Source: a virus. Taken from it: a stretch of DNA of 64,000 bases. Below, in pieces: positions 10,796 through 21,405 of the stretch; the stretch's first letter is position 1, and each line of letters opens with the position of its first letter. Both the position numbers and the translations under genes were made by a program. The notes beneath the pieces were generated by a model that was given only the letters and a program-made list of their open reading frames with translations, was not told the DNA's origin and did no database searches. The stretch spans positions 1-64,000 of IMG/VR virus record IMGVR_UViG_3300032291_002524. The stretch is one strand, 5' to 3'.

Positions 10796-11679
10796 TAATT
10801 GATAAGATAAATAATAGTTATTTGTGTTACACAAATAATCAAGTTATACATACTAGAGAATATTACAATTATATTCTTGTATTATTAAAAGAATGGTTAT
10901 CTAAATCCGATGTTAATTTAAATGTGATTTTTGGTAATTATTTTTTTGATTTTAAGAACAATAACAAAACTTTAAAAATTGACATACAATGTGAGCACAC
11001 ACTTGTAAAAGAAGGTGGACGGTCAGTAAATGATATAATTTACGGTAATGTAGAAAATACGGATGGTTATTATTTAGTACGAATTGATAAATTTGATTAC
11101 CTAAATTCGTTAGACTATATTATAGAGTATAGTCAACCTAACATAGAAAACATTAAGTCGTGTAAAAAATTTGAAGATTTTCTATCAAAAGTAATTTATA
11201 TATCCCCAATGATATATCCTATCAAATTTTACGGTGAAAAATCCAAAGTAATAACTTTGTTCGAATCAAATTCAAATAATAGACGAAGAAATATTTTAGA
11301 ACAAATGAATAAGTTGAAAATTAATAATTATGAAGTTAATAACTGTTTTTCAAATGAATGTTTATTAGAATTATATAATGAAACTAAAATAATGGTGAAT
11401 GTTCATCAGACTGAACATCATCACACATTTGAAGAATTAAGAGTTCTTCCGGCACTAATTAATGGGGTAATTATTATTAGTGAAGATGTCCCATTAAAGG
11501 AAAAAATACCATACAATGAATTTATTGTATGGGCCGATTATGATAACATATCAAATAAAACTTTGGATGTTCTTAACAATTACGAATTATATTATGATAA
11601 AATATTTAAAAACCCTAAACTCACAAATATTTTAAATGAGATGATAAATAAAAATCAAAATATATTTAAAACAATTTGA
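10792..11679 (+). CDS. Putative GT-B-type glycosyltransferase
   Basis: C-terminal KIMVNVH...FEELRVLPALINGVIIISE donor-binding-like motif. Confidence 0.5.
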   Translation: MIIDKINNSYLCYTNNQVIHTREYYNYILVLLKEWLSKSDVNLNVIFGNYFFDFKNNNKTLKIDIQCEHTLVKEGGRSVNDIIYGNVENTDGYYLVRIDKFDYLNSLDYIIEYSQPNIENIKSCKKFEDFLSKVIYISPMIYPIKFYGEKSKVITLFESNSNNRRRNILEQMNKLKINNYEVNNCFSNECLLELYNETKIMVNVHQTEHHHTFEELRVLPALINGVIIISEDVPLKEKIPYNEFIVWADYDNISNKTLDVLNNYELYYDKIFKNPKLTNILNEMINKNQNIFKTI

Positions 11680-11682
11680 TAT

Positions 11683-13125
11683 ATGAAAGTTGCGCTATTA
11701 ATTGCAGGGTATTTAAGAAATTACGAAAAAAGTATTCAATATATACAAAATGAAGTAATAAAAAAATTTGACGATGTTGACATTTATCTACATATCACAA
11801 AAAGTGAAAATTTTGAAGATAAATATCTTAATCGAATTGAAGATTCTGACATTAAAAAGATTGTAAACAGTCTTAACCCAATAACCACTATTGTTGAAAA
11901 TAATCAATTATATGTTGAGGATGTTCGAATTAATAATGTTATCAATCATTGGGCTAAACTTTATAAACTTAATAATATAAAATCTATACGGGAATCTGAA
12001 TCGTGTAAATACGATTTGGTTATTAGATATAGACTTGATTTAGAAATCACAACAAAAAATTTATTTGATGGTACCATTGATGATAATACAATTTATCTAC
12101 CGTCAGATTCAAAAATGGATAAATCACGACTCATTAATCCCAACGATGGATATCTTTGTGATGCCTTTGCGTTTGGTAAATCAAATATAATGGATAGATA
12201 TTTCGATATCTATAAATTTTATGTCAATAACTTTTTACCTGTTTCCGAAACCGCATTGTTCGAGTATTTAAAAAAATCATCAATACTGTTTAAAACAATA
12301 AATGTTGATTATAATTTTTTATTATCTAAATGTAATATTTTCGCAATTTGTGGAGATTCAGGGTCAGGAAAGTCAACTTTAAGTTCTTTATTGAAAAATT
12401 ATTACAATAATTCATTCACTTTGGAGTGCGATAGGTACCATAAATGGGAAAGAAATAATAAAAACTGGGAAACAACAACACATTTAAATCCTAATGCAAA
12501 TTATATCACTAAAATGGAAGAAGACATTTTTAACTTAAAGTTGGGTAATGAAATATATCAAGTAGATTATGACCATCAAAGTGGTAAATTTACGGAGAAA
12601 CAACTAATTAATCCATCGGACAATTTAATCGTATGTGGTTTACATAGTTTATATGGTAATAATAATCTTTATGATTTAAAGATTTTCATGGACACTGACG
12701 AAGATTTGAAAAAAAAATGGAAAATTAAACGAGATGTAATTGAAAGAGGTTATAGTATTGAAAAAGTCTTAAATAGTATTGAAAAAAGACGACAAGATTT
12801 TAATAAATTCATAAAACCTCAAAGAGACAATGCCGATATTATAATACGTTTTTTCAGTAAAAATGTAATCGATTTTGATAATTTAAATAAAAATGACCAA
12901 TTAAGTTTAGAGATTTCTATCGGAAAAAATTGTAAAAATTTGAATTTGGTTTTGAATTATTTTAATATTAATTATATAGTAAGTGAAAATGATAACTTCA
13001 CAAGTATCATATTTGACGAATATACTGAACTTGATGTTACAGAAAACGAATCTTTAAGTAATAAAACAAATAGTTTTTACGATTATATACTCTATTTTAT
13101 TTTTAATCTCAACTTTACTGTCTAA
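11683..13125 (+). CDS. Fusion of a glycan-associated N-terminal domain and a phosphoribulokinase/uridine-kinase-family domain
   Basis: N-terminal KVALLIAGYLR...YDLVIRYRLD...DAFAFG. C-terminal Walker A GDSGSGKST, DRYHKWER, YDHQSGKF, CGLH, WKIKRDVIERG, FIKPQRDNADII. Confidence 0.75.
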   Translation: MKVALLIAGYLRNYEKSIQYIQNEVIKKFDDVDIYLHITKSENFEDKYLNRIEDSDIKKIVNSLNPITTIVENNQLYVEDVRINNVINHWAKLYKLNNIKSIRESESCKYDLVIRYRLDLEITTKNLFDGTIDDNTIYLPSDSKMDKSRLINPNDGYLCDAFAFGKSNIMDRYFDIYKFYVNNFLPVSETALFEYLKKSSILFKTINVDYNFLLSKCNIFAICGDSGSGKSTLSSLLKNYYNNSFTLECDRYHKWERNNKNWETTTHLNPNANYITKMEEDIFNLKLGNEIYQVDYDHQSGKFTEKQLINPSDNLIVCGLHSLYGNNNLYDLKIFMDTDEDLKKKWKIKRDVIERGYSIEKVLNSIEKRRQDFNKFIKPQRDNADIIIRFFSKNVIDFDNLNKNDQLSLEISIGKNCKNLNLVLNYFNINYIVSENDNFTSIIFDEYTELDVTENESLSNKTNSFYDYILYFIFNLNFTV

Positions 13126-13150
13126 TTTTTTTACATTATTTTTTATTTAA

Positions 13151-13822
13151 ATGTTATTAATTAAAAATACAATTATTAAAAAACTTCTTAATTTGTCAAA
13201 ACAAGTTAGTAAATATTGTGTTGGTATGGAGGGTAATATATCAGGAAAATACGGTAATTACTTTTACATTAAATCAAGTGGTGGTAAGTTAAATAAGTTA
13301 AAATCGGACGATTTAATAAAATTTAATTTTGATGGTACACAGTTAAATAACTTTAAAAAAAAGGGTAGTATGGAAATAGGATTTCATACTTTTTTACTTG
13401 GACATGAAAATATAAATTTTATTTCACATACACACCCAATCAAAACACTTTCAATATTGTGCGGGGACAAAATTTCGGAATTTGCGAATAATCGTATGTT
13501 TCCGGACCAAGTTATTTTTAACGGGGAAAAATCATGTGTGATTCCATATGTAAAACCAGGTGAAGACCTATCTGAAGTTGTTAAAATTAAAGTTAATCAA
13601 TTCATTAAAGATAATGGATTTTTCCCAAAATTAATTTTATTAGAAAATCATGGTATTATTGCTTGTGGAAGTTCAATTGACGAGTGTGTGATGATAACCG
13701 ATATTTGTGAAAAATCTTCAGAAATATTTTTGAACACATCTAATATAAATTTTTTAACGATAAAAGAAATCACCGATTTATTGAAAGACACAAAAGAAAA
13801 ATATAGAAAGTCGTTATTATGA
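13151..13822 (+). CDS. Class II aldolase/adducin family protein
   Basis: EGNISG, SME..FH, HTHP, LLENHGII metal-binding motifs. Confidence 0.85.
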   Translation: MLLIKNTIIKKLLNLSKQVSKYCVGMEGNISGKYGNYFYIKSSGGKLNKLKSDDLIKFNFDGTQLNNFKKKGSMEIGFHTFLLGHENINFISHTHPIKTLSILCGDKISEFANNRMFPDQVIFNGEKSCVIPYVKPGEDLSEVVKIKVNQFIKDNGFFPKLILLENHGIIACGSSIDECVMITDICEKSSEIFLNTSNINFLTIKEITDLLKDTKEKYRKSLL

Positions 13823-14538
13823 AAAGAGAAGGTATAAGTTTAGGGTGGAATTGCTCGGCAGCACAAGAAGGATTATATTTAGGGTTGAGAAAAGGTAAAT
13901 CAGATGGATATAACACCTGTCCTTTTGATATGATGATATCAAATTACATAGGTCTTTGTGAATGTATTAAAGATGATTTTAAATACTTTTGTAATCCAAA
14001 TTATTTAGAGTTACGACCAGCGCCCAAAATGAGTAATCACATCCCAAATCAAAAAGATGACGAACAATGGATTTACAACACATATTATAATTTCGTTTTT
14101 AATCATGAATCACCATATCACGGAAATTTACATTTAAATGAGATGTGGACCAGTCCTTACCATTTTGTTGAAAATAATTTTGAAAATTTCATAAAAAGAT
14201 ATTCAACTCGAATTAATAATTTTAGAAATTATCTAAATAGTGACAATTTTATAGACTTTATATTGGCTCGGTATAATTCAATACCTTATGAATTAGAAAA
14301 TACAATTAAAGAAAAATACCCAAATCTAATGTTTAAAATACATACTGTGTCAAGATTTACCAATAATAACATAGGACATCTTCATAATTGTACTATTGAT
14401 GGGGGGGTTAAATACGAGATAGATTATTTAGAATATATGGGTATAAATAAAATTAACAATCCGTTAGAGATACAAAGGTATTATGATGAATTTAACAATT
14501 TAACGGGTGACATTAATAATAATATAAAAATAATATGA
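13819..14538 (+). CDS. DUF1796-like (putative papain-like) protein
   Basis: ISLGWNC, PFD, F.H, RY..RI..F pattern. Confidence 0.55.
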   Translation: MKREGISLGWNCSAAQEGLYLGLRKGKSDGYNTCPFDMMISNYIGLCECIKDDFKYFCNPNYLELRPAPKMSNHIPNQKDDEQWIYNTYYNFVFNHESPYHGNLHLNEMWTSPYHFVENNFENFIKRYSTRINNFRNYLNSDNFIDFILARYNSIPYELENTIKEKYPNLMFKIHTVSRFTNNNIGHLHNCTIDGGVKYEIDYLEYMGINKINNPLEIQRYYDEFNNLTGDINNNIKII

Positions 14539-14837
14539 AATTAAAGATTATTTACGTTGACATAGATGAAACTATCTGTAAAACATCTGAAGATAGAAAA
14601 TATGAAAATTCAACACCGATTTATGAAAATATAAAAAAAATAAATGACTTATATGACCTCGGTCATACAATAGTTTATTGGACTGCAAGAGGTAGTAGAA
14701 AACAAATTAACTGGTACGATTTAACATATAAACAACTTAATGAATGGGGGGTTAAATTTCATGAACTTAGAGTTGATAAACCATATTATGATTTATTTAT
14801 CGACGATAAAACTTTAAAAATTGAAGATGTAAAATGA
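14535..14837 (+). CDS. Minimal HAD-family phosphatase (capsule-biosynthesis type)
   Basis: DIDETIC, WTARG, KPYYDLFIDDK. Confidence 0.8.
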   Translation: MKLKIIYVDIDETICKTSEDRKYENSTPIYENIKKINDLYDLGHTIVYWTARGSRKQINWYDLTYKQLNEWGVKFHELRVDKPYYDLFIDDKTLKIEDVK

Positions 14838-15736
14838 GAGACAATGTAATTTTAATACCCCCGCATTATACATATGGCGATACGTTTTCAGTAATTGGAT
14901 TATATTATTTCTTATTAAAATATTATAAAAGAGTATATCTATATCTTTTTGAAGGGTATAATGGCGGTAATAGACAATATTTGATTGATTATTTTACAGT
15001 TTATTTTGAGAATGAGCCATTATTTAATAAAAGACTTTTTTTCGCTCACAATCCTGAGGTAATGATTAACAATGGAGAATTTGGTGAATATGATATTGTT
15101 AATACTTTAACCGCTGGTTGGGATAAATCACAATTTAATTTTTATGATTTAAAAAATATTAATAAAGAATATTATTTTAATGATTTAAACCCAATATATA
15201 ATAAGTTAAATATAGATGAAAAATATCTTTGTAAACCAAACAAACATTTACCAAATACAATACTCACAACAAATCATGAATTTTATTATGAATTAATTGG
15301 ATTAAATAATAATGTCAGAATGGATTTTTTTCATTATAGTAGAAACTACGAAAAAGAATTACAAATTAAAAATAACATATTATCCGATAGAAATATTCGC
15401 GGTGAATATATCATAATTAATGACCCATTAAATCTTAATATACCCAATTCTTATTTTAATAGTGACCTACCAATGATAAATATAAGTTACATCTCGACAT
15501 GCGTTGGTCAATTATCATTACTAGTTGAGGACTCTAAAGAAATTAATTTTATTGAAGGTAATAACGTTAACTTTTTCTATCATTCACAGTACAAAGGTAT
15601 TTTTAATTATAATAAAAAAATTAATTTTCATGTTAACCTGAGAAATAGAGATTGGGCGGTGCCGAACATGATGTTAGACTCGGCATGGAAAATGATGGAT
15701 AAACCAAGATTAAATAATTGGAATTTTATATTTTAA
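14834..15736 (+). CDS. Hypothetical protein, possibly glycosyltransferase-like
   Basis: 300-aa ORF overlapping the upstream stop; glycan operon context. Confidence 0.5.
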   Translation: MRDNVILIPPHYTYGDTFSVIGLYYFLLKYYKRVYLYLFEGYNGGNRQYLIDYFTVYFENEPLFNKRLFFAHNPEVMINNGEFGEYDIVNTLTAGWDKSQFNFYDLKNINKEYYFNDLNPIYNKLNIDEKYLCKPNKHLPNTILTTNHEFYYELIGLNNNVRMDFFHYSRNYEKELQIKNNILSDRNIRGEYIIINDPLNLNIPNSYFNSDLPMINISYISTCVGQLSLLVEDSKEINFIEGNNVNFFYHSQYKGIFNYNKKINFHVNLRNRDWAVPNMMLDSAWKMMDKPRLNNWNFIF

Positions 15737-15740
15737 ATTT

Positions 15741-16190
15741 ATGAAAATAATATCACACAGGGGTAACATATGTGGCTCAGTAATAGAAAAAGAAAACAAA
15801 CCATCTTATATTGATTCGGCAATACAATTAGGTTATGAAGTTGAGGTTGATTTAAGATACATAGATAACGAATTTTGGTTAGGTCACGATACCGCTCAAT
15901 ATAAAATAGAATTATCATGGATGGAACCTAGAAAAGAAATGCTTTGGTTTCATTGTAAAGATATCGATTCGGCTTTAGAATTAACAAAATTAAATGGTTA
16001 TAACTTCTTTTGTCATACGAATGATTCTTATGTATGTACAAACAATGGTTATCTTTGGGTTCATGATTTAAGTGGTAAAATTGATGTTAAATGCATTATA
16101 CCTCTTTTATCAGAACAAGATATTGAAAAATACGATAATAATAAAACACCATACGCTGTGTGTACTGATTTTGTAAATTATATCAAATGA
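15741..16190 (+). CDS. Short glycerophosphodiester-phosphodiesterase-like protein
   Basis: ISHRGN, EVEVDLR, LGHD, HCK, VCTDF. Confidence 0.7.
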   Translation: MKIISHRGNICGSVIEKENKPSYIDSAIQLGYEVEVDLRYIDNEFWLGHDTAQYKIELSWMEPRKEMLWFHCKDIDSALELTKLNGYNFFCHTNDSYVCTNNGYLWVHDLSGKIDVKCIIPLLSEQDIEKYDNNKTPYAVCTDFVNYIK

Positions 16191-16320
16191 TTAATATGTA
16201 AAATTACCTTGAAGAATTGTAGGGATACTTATGATATTAATACATGTAAACAAAAATATAAATTTACATTATACCTACGATGATTATATTAATAATTTAA
16301 AAACTAAAATTTAAATAAAA

Positions 16321-17883
16321 GTGAATAAAATACAATTAATCATTCCTATGTCTGGTATAGGTAAACGTTTTATAGATGCTGGTTATGAAGACCCTAAGCC
16401 ACTTATTGAAGTTGATGGGTTACCGATAATTGAGCATGTTATAAATCTTTTTGGTAAACCTGATGATGTAATATTCATCTGTAATGAAATTCACATTCTA
16501 TCTACTAATATGGCATTGGTACTAAAAAGAATTTCACCAAATTGTAAGATAGTGTCAGTACCAAATGAAAATAGGAAGGGACCTGTTGATGCTGTACTAA
16601 AAATATCAGATTATATAAACGATGATGATGAAATAATTGTAAGTTATTGTGATTATGGAACATCTTGGGATTATAACGAATTTTTAAAATATATCGATAA
16701 AACCAAACCTGATGGTTCAATTGTTTGTTATACTGGGTTTCACCCACATATGTTAGGTTCGGATAATTATGCATTTGTTAAAGTTGATAATAATAAGGTA
16801 TCTATGGTAAAAGAAAAAGAATCATTTACCAATGACAAAATGTCTGAACTAGCATCAAATGGAACCTATTATTTTAAAAATGGTAAAATACTTAAAAAGT
16901 ACTTCAGAAAACTTGTTGAATCAGGACAAACAATAAAAAATGAATTTTATGTTAGTTTAGTTTATAATTTAATGATAAATGATAATATGACTGTTTCCAC
17001 TTTTTTAATTGACAAAATGTTACAGTGGGGCACACCGTATGATTTAGAAGTTTATAAAGGATGGTCAAAATACTTCAACAGTGTTAAAGATTGGAATTCA
17101 ACGTCAACATGTCCTAAAAATACAACTTTGATATTACCCATGGCGGGTAAAGGTAGTCGTTTTTCAGAATTAGGATATGATATTCCAAAACCTATTTTAC
17201 CAGTTAATGGAAATCCAATGATAGTTGAAGCCGTTGATTGTCTACCTAAAACTGATAACAAAACATTCATTACATTATCAGAACATGTGACAAAATATCA
17301 AATAGATAATGTTCTTAAAGAAAAATATGATAAATGTAATGTTGTTAAAATTGATTCAGTAACTGAAGGACAGGCGTGCACTTGTGAAATAGGGATTAAT
17401 CACAGTAATTTAAATATGAACGACCCAATTTTAATTTCTGCCAGTGATAATGGGATTCTTTATGATAATGCTGAAATTCAAAAACTTTTAGATAATGAAA
17501 ATGTTGATGTCATTGTATGGTCATTCAGGAATAACCAATCTAGTAAAGTATCCCCAAACTCATACGCGTGGTTAGATGTGGACGATAATGGGAATATTCA
17601 ACATGTTTCATGTAAAAAATTTATATATGACGAGCCATTAAAAACACATGCAATCGTCGGTACTATGTTTTTTAGAAAGGCGAAATATTTTATGGACGGA
17701 CTTGAAAAAAATTACAAAAATAATATCAGAACAAATAATGAATTTTATGTTGACGACGTATTGAATCAAAACATTAAACAAGGATTGACAGTTAAAGTAT
17801 TTGAAGTTGAGAATTATATATGTTGGGGAACCCCTAATGATTTAAAAACATACGAATATTGGGAAAATTATTTCAAACAATAA
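16321..17883 (+). CDS. Tandem-duplicated sugar-phosphate nucleotidyltransferase
   Basis: Two repeats of IPMxGxGxRF...PKP...NEFYV...WGTPxDL; GTG start. Confidence 0.85.
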   Translation: MNKIQLIIPMSGIGKRFIDAGYEDPKPLIEVDGLPIIEHVINLFGKPDDVIFICNEIHILSTNMALVLKRISPNCKIVSVPNENRKGPVDAVLKISDYINDDDEIIVSYCDYGTSWDYNEFLKYIDKTKPDGSIVCYTGFHPHMLGSDNYAFVKVDNNKVSMVKEKESFTNDKMSELASNGTYYFKNGKILKKYFRKLVESGQTIKNEFYVSLVYNLMINDNMTVSTFLIDKMLQWGTPYDLEVYKGWSKYFNSVKDWNSTSTCPKNTTLILPMAGKGSRFSELGYDIPKPILPVNGNPMIVEAVDCLPKTDNKTFITLSEHVTKYQIDNVLKEKYDKCNVVKIDSVTEGQACTCEIGINHSNLNMNDPILISASDNGILYDNAEIQKLLDNENVDVIVWSFRNNQSSKVSPNSYAWLDVDDNGNIQHVSCKKFIYDEPLKTHAIVGTMFFRKAKYFMDGLEKNYKNNIRTNNEFYVDDVLNQNIKQGLTVKVFEVENYICWGTPNDLKTYEYWENYFKQ

Positions 17884-17931
17884 AATATCAAAATTTACTT
17901 AAAAAAAAAAATAATTAACTTAACATTAAGT

Positions 17932-18678
17932 ATGGAAAAAAAACCAAGAAAAAAACTAACACCCTTAAATGAAGAAACCATGATTCCACCAAGGAGTAAA
18001 AAAGAATTAATTTCTCAAATAATCAAAAAACAAACAAAGGAGAAATTTTTAACGGAAAATCAAAAAAAATACTATGAAATTTTAAAGGAAAATCAAATCA
18101 CGATTTGTTCAGGACCTGCAGGTGTCGGTAAATCATACATTGCAATGAAGGCGGCCGTTGATTTATTACAAGACCCTTCAAATTCCTATGAAAAAATAAT
18201 GATTGTTAGACCCGCAGTTGAGGCGGAAGAAAAATTAGGTTCATTACCCGGTGATTTATCCGAAAAACTGGACCCATATATTAGCCCATCTTATTATCTT
18301 TTAAACAAATTAATAGGTAAAGAAAATCGTGAAAAATTAATACAATATGACCTAATTGAAGTTCAAGCATTGGCATATATTAGAGGGTGGAACATAGATA
18401 ACACAATTTTAATATTTGAAGAAGGTCAAAATAGTACTCCGAGACAGATGAAACTTTTATTAACTAGAATCGGATTCAATAGTAAGTTCTTCATTTCGGG
18501 TGACTTAGAACAAACTGATAGATATAAAGATAAAACACAATCAGGGTTATGGGATGCAATTTCCAAATTTAAAGATATGGACGACATCGGTGTGTTTGAA
18601 TTTGGTCAGCAAGACATTGTTAGAAACCCATTAATTACTAAAATTTTGAAAAAATACGAAGATGAAGTTCGCTTTTGA
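17932..18678 (+). CDS. phoH: PhoH-like ATPase
   Basis: GPAGVGKS, RPAVEA.EKLG.LPG, EEGQN, LLTRIG, GDLEQTD, DIVRNP. Confidence 0.95.
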   Translation: MEKKPRKKLTPLNEETMIPPRSKKELISQIIKKQTKEKFLTENQKKYYEILKENQITICSGPAGVGKSYIAMKAAVDLLQDPSNSYEKIMIVRPAVEAEEKLGSLPGDLSEKLDPYISPSYYLLNKLIGKENREKLIQYDLIEVQALAYIRGWNIDNTILIFEEGQNSTPRQMKLLLTRIGFNSKFFISGDLEQTDRYKDKTQSGLWDAISKFKDMDDIGVFEFGQQDIVRNPLITKILKKYEDEVRF

Positions 18679-19270
18679 TACTGATGAAGTTTTAAGAGAT
18701 ACCCTTTCTAAAATGAAAGCAACATATGAAAAATTCTTCATTGATGATTACATTTCTGAAGAAAATGAAGAAGAATTCAAATATGAAATCATTGAACCTA
18801 TAACATCATCTGACTTTTCTAAACATTTTAAATTTCCGTCAGATAGCGATTATTTGAATTTCATGTATTTGGAATTTCCAATGATAATACATGGTCACGC
18901 ACCATCGGTTAATGTGAATACTTTTACGACACTGTCAGAAATTCAAAAAACAAAACTAAAAAAACGTGATAAATTAAGTGTTATTGGTAGTGCGGTAGCC
19001 AAACAAAAATCGGCATCATTATTCTTTTATTCGAAATATGGAATGGATATTGACCAAATAGTCTTTTACAATAAATTGACATTAAATAAAATGTGGAAAC
19101 AATTTGATGTTATTATAACCGCAAATCCCGAATTATTAGAAATTAAACCTGATAATAAAATATCAATTAAAGTAAATACGGATTATAATGTTAATTCACC
19201 ATCAGACTATTCAATAAATAGTATTGAAGATTTTACTTTAATATATAATGAATTAAAATTAAAAAAATGA
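18662..19270 (+). CDS. HAD-like 5'(3')-deoxyribonucleotidase-related protein
   Basis: N-terminal FAFDTDEVLRD (DxDxV) and C-terminal YN. Confidence 0.5.
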   Translation: MKFAFDTDEVLRDTLSKMKATYEKFFIDDYISEENEEEFKYEIIEPITSSDFSKHFKFPSDSDYLNFMYLEFPMIIHGHAPSVNVNTFTTLSEIQKTKLKKRDKLSVIGSAVAKQKSASLFFYSKYGMDIDQIVFYNKLTLNKMWKQFDVIITANPELLEIKPDNKISIKVNTDYNVNSPSDYSINSIEDFTLIYNELKLKK

Positions 19271-19536
19271 ACATGTTAAAAGTTTTAGGTGAAATGTATA
19301 TTATCGATTTAGATACTGTACAAGAAGTTATTAGTTTACCAGACGTTTCTGGTACGTCAGAACAAAATATTAGTATCGTAAAGTACGAACTAATTAAATC
19401 AATGATTGATGTCTTAATGACTGAAAATGAAGACCTTGATGAGAATTTAGGTACAAAAGGTCAGAACAATTTAAGTATACCCTTTAAATTGGCGTTTAAT
19501 ACATTACTCGCATATGAAATTTTAAAAAATATATAA
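19267..19536 (+). CDS. Hypothetical protein
   Basis: ORF overlapping the upstream stop, in operon. Confidence 0.6.
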   Translation: MNMLKVLGEMYIIDLDTVQEVISLPDVSGTSEQNISIVKYELIKSMIDVLMTENEDLDENLGTKGQNNLSIPFKLAFNTLLAYEILKNI

Positions 19537-19538
19537 GT

Positions 19539-20594
19539 ATGAATAATGAATTTATCGAGAAATTAGAACTGTCAATAGAGAATTTAAATACGAAAAAAAA
19601 TCGTATTTATTTTTTAGTACAAGACACCAAAGGTAATGCCAGAGCATCAATTAAGTATATTTATGACATGGCCTATACATTATTTAAAAATAATTTTAAT
19701 GTTATAGTAATACATGAACAAGAAGATTACAAAGGTGTTAGTTCATGGCTGTCTGAAAAATATAGTGAAATACCACATAAGGCAATTGAAGGTCAGAATT
19801 TGGAAATTTCCCCTGAAGATTTTGTGGTTATACCGGAATTATATGGTCACGTTATGGAACAAATTTCTAAACTACCATGTGCAAAAATAGTTTTATCACA
19901 ATCATATGATTATATTTTAGAAACACTACCACCTGGTAGTAGTTGGTCCCAATATGGATTTTTAAAATGTATCACAACAAGTGAAGAACAAAAACAATAT
20001 CTTAATGAGATTATGAAAAATGTTAGTTATGATGTTGTAAAACCATTTATATCTGATAATTTTAAGAAAAAAAGTCTACCACCAAAACCTATTGTTTCGG
20101 TTCACACTCGAGAACAAAGAGATACAATGAAGTTGATTAAATCTTTTTATCTTAAATATCCACAATTTAGATGGATAACATTTAGAGATATGAGAGGTTT
20201 ACCTGAACATGAATTCGCATCACTTTTACAAGATTCATTTGTTTCGGTTTGGATTGACGATATTTCGTCTTTCGGAACATTCCCATTAGAATCAATGACA
20301 ACAGGAACACCTGTTATTGGAAAAATACCAAACATTAAACCATCATGGATGAATGAAAAAAATGGTATTTGGGTAAATGATACATTATCAATGGTCGATA
20401 TATTGGCTGAATATATTCAGAATTGGTTAGAAGATAATATTTCAGAAACATTATACGAATCTGGATATGAAACTGTTTCCGAATTTTTAAACTCTGAAGA
20501 ATTTGAAAATGAAACATTGAATATATTCGGTGAATATATTAACAAACGACTTGAAAGTTTTAAACAACAATTAGAAAAAATTAAAGAACAATAA
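19539..20594 (+). CDS. GT-B-like glycosyltransferase
   Basis: DFVVIPE, SFGTFPLESMTTGTPVIG (ExxxxGxP). Confidence 0.65.
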   Translation: MNNEFIEKLELSIENLNTKKNRIYFLVQDTKGNARASIKYIYDMAYTLFKNNFNVIVIHEQEDYKGVSSWLSEKYSEIPHKAIEGQNLEISPEDFVVIPELYGHVMEQISKLPCAKIVLSQSYDYILETLPPGSSWSQYGFLKCITTSEEQKQYLNEIMKNVSYDVVKPFISDNFKKKSLPPKPIVSVHTREQRDTMKLIKSFYLKYPQFRWITFRDMRGLPEHEFASLLQDSFVSVWIDDISSFGTFPLESMTTGTPVIGKIPNIKPSWMNEKNGIWVNDTLSMVDILAEYIQNWLEDNISETLYESGYETVSEFLNSEEFENETLNIFGEYINKRLESFKQQLEKIKEQ

Positions 20595-20595
20595 T

Positions 20596-21405
20596 ATGGA
20601 AGAACAAATAAATTTATCGGTAATATTACCAGTATCGTCAACATTTTGTAAAGATTTTGAAGAACTTTTTACAAAGGCGATTGAGTCAATTAACAAACAA
20701 GTTGTTAAGGTTAATGAATTAGTTTTAGTTCACACTAACGAAGAACAGTTAGTTAAGTATATTGAAAATTTTGATTTTGGTGATTTAAATGTCGTTAAAG
20801 TATTGAACGATACTGAACATACAGATTATGCATCACAAATTAATTTAGGTGTTAGTAAATCATCGTCTGATTGGGTTAGTTTTTTTGAATTCGATGATGA
20901 ATATTCTTTTATTTGGTTTAAAAATGTTAAGAAATACATTGATGCTCATCCCGAATGTGACGGGTTTTTACCTATAGTTGTTGATGTTGACGATAAAGGT
21001 GTTTTTGCCGGGTATACCAACGAAGCAACATTTGCAGCATCATTTAACGTTGAAATAGGTGTTCTTACAGGTGATATTTTACAACAATATCAAAACTTCC
21101 AATCTAGTGGAATGGCAATTAAAAAATCAGTATTTACCGAATATGGTGGGTTTAAAAAATCAATGAAATTAACTTTTGTTTATGAATTTTTATTACGTAT
21201 GACGTATAATTCAGCAAAAATAATTACGATTCCTAGATTAGGTTACAAACATACCAACATGAGAGAATCTTCAATATTTTGGAACTACAAGAATGGTAAG
21301 GATGTTATGACGGAAAAAGAAGTTAAGTTTTGGATAGACACCGCTAAAAAAGAATATTTTTTCATTACTGATAGAAATATAAAATTTGATGATACCAATG
21401 CTTAA
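20596..21405 (+). CDS. GT2-like glycosyltransferase
   Basis: LSVILPV, INLGV, FFEFDDE, YGGFK. Confidence 0.7.
   Translation: MEEQINLSVILPVSSTFCKDFEELFTKAIESINKQVVKVNELVLVHTNEEQLVKYIENFDFGDLNVVKVLNDTEHTDYASQINLGVSKSSSDWVSFFEFDDEYSFIWFKNVKKYIDAHPECDGFLPIVVDVDDKGVFAGYTNEATFAASFNVEIGVLTGDILQQYQNFQSSGMAIKKSVFTEYGGFKKSMKLTFVYEFLLRMTYNSAKIITIPRLGYKHTNMRESSIFWNYKNGKDVMTEKEVKFWIDTAKKEYFFITDRNIKFDDTNA

Noticed and set aside
12337-13125. Phosphoribulokinase as a carbon-fixation auxiliary metabolic gene
   Set aside because: It is fused to a glycan-associated domain inside a GT island, no RuBisCO or CP12 is present, and the inferred host is heterotrophic.
16191-16320. 130-bp gap in the glycan operon as an ncRNA
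   Set aside because: AT-rich with no convincing helices; more likely a gene remnant or promoter region.
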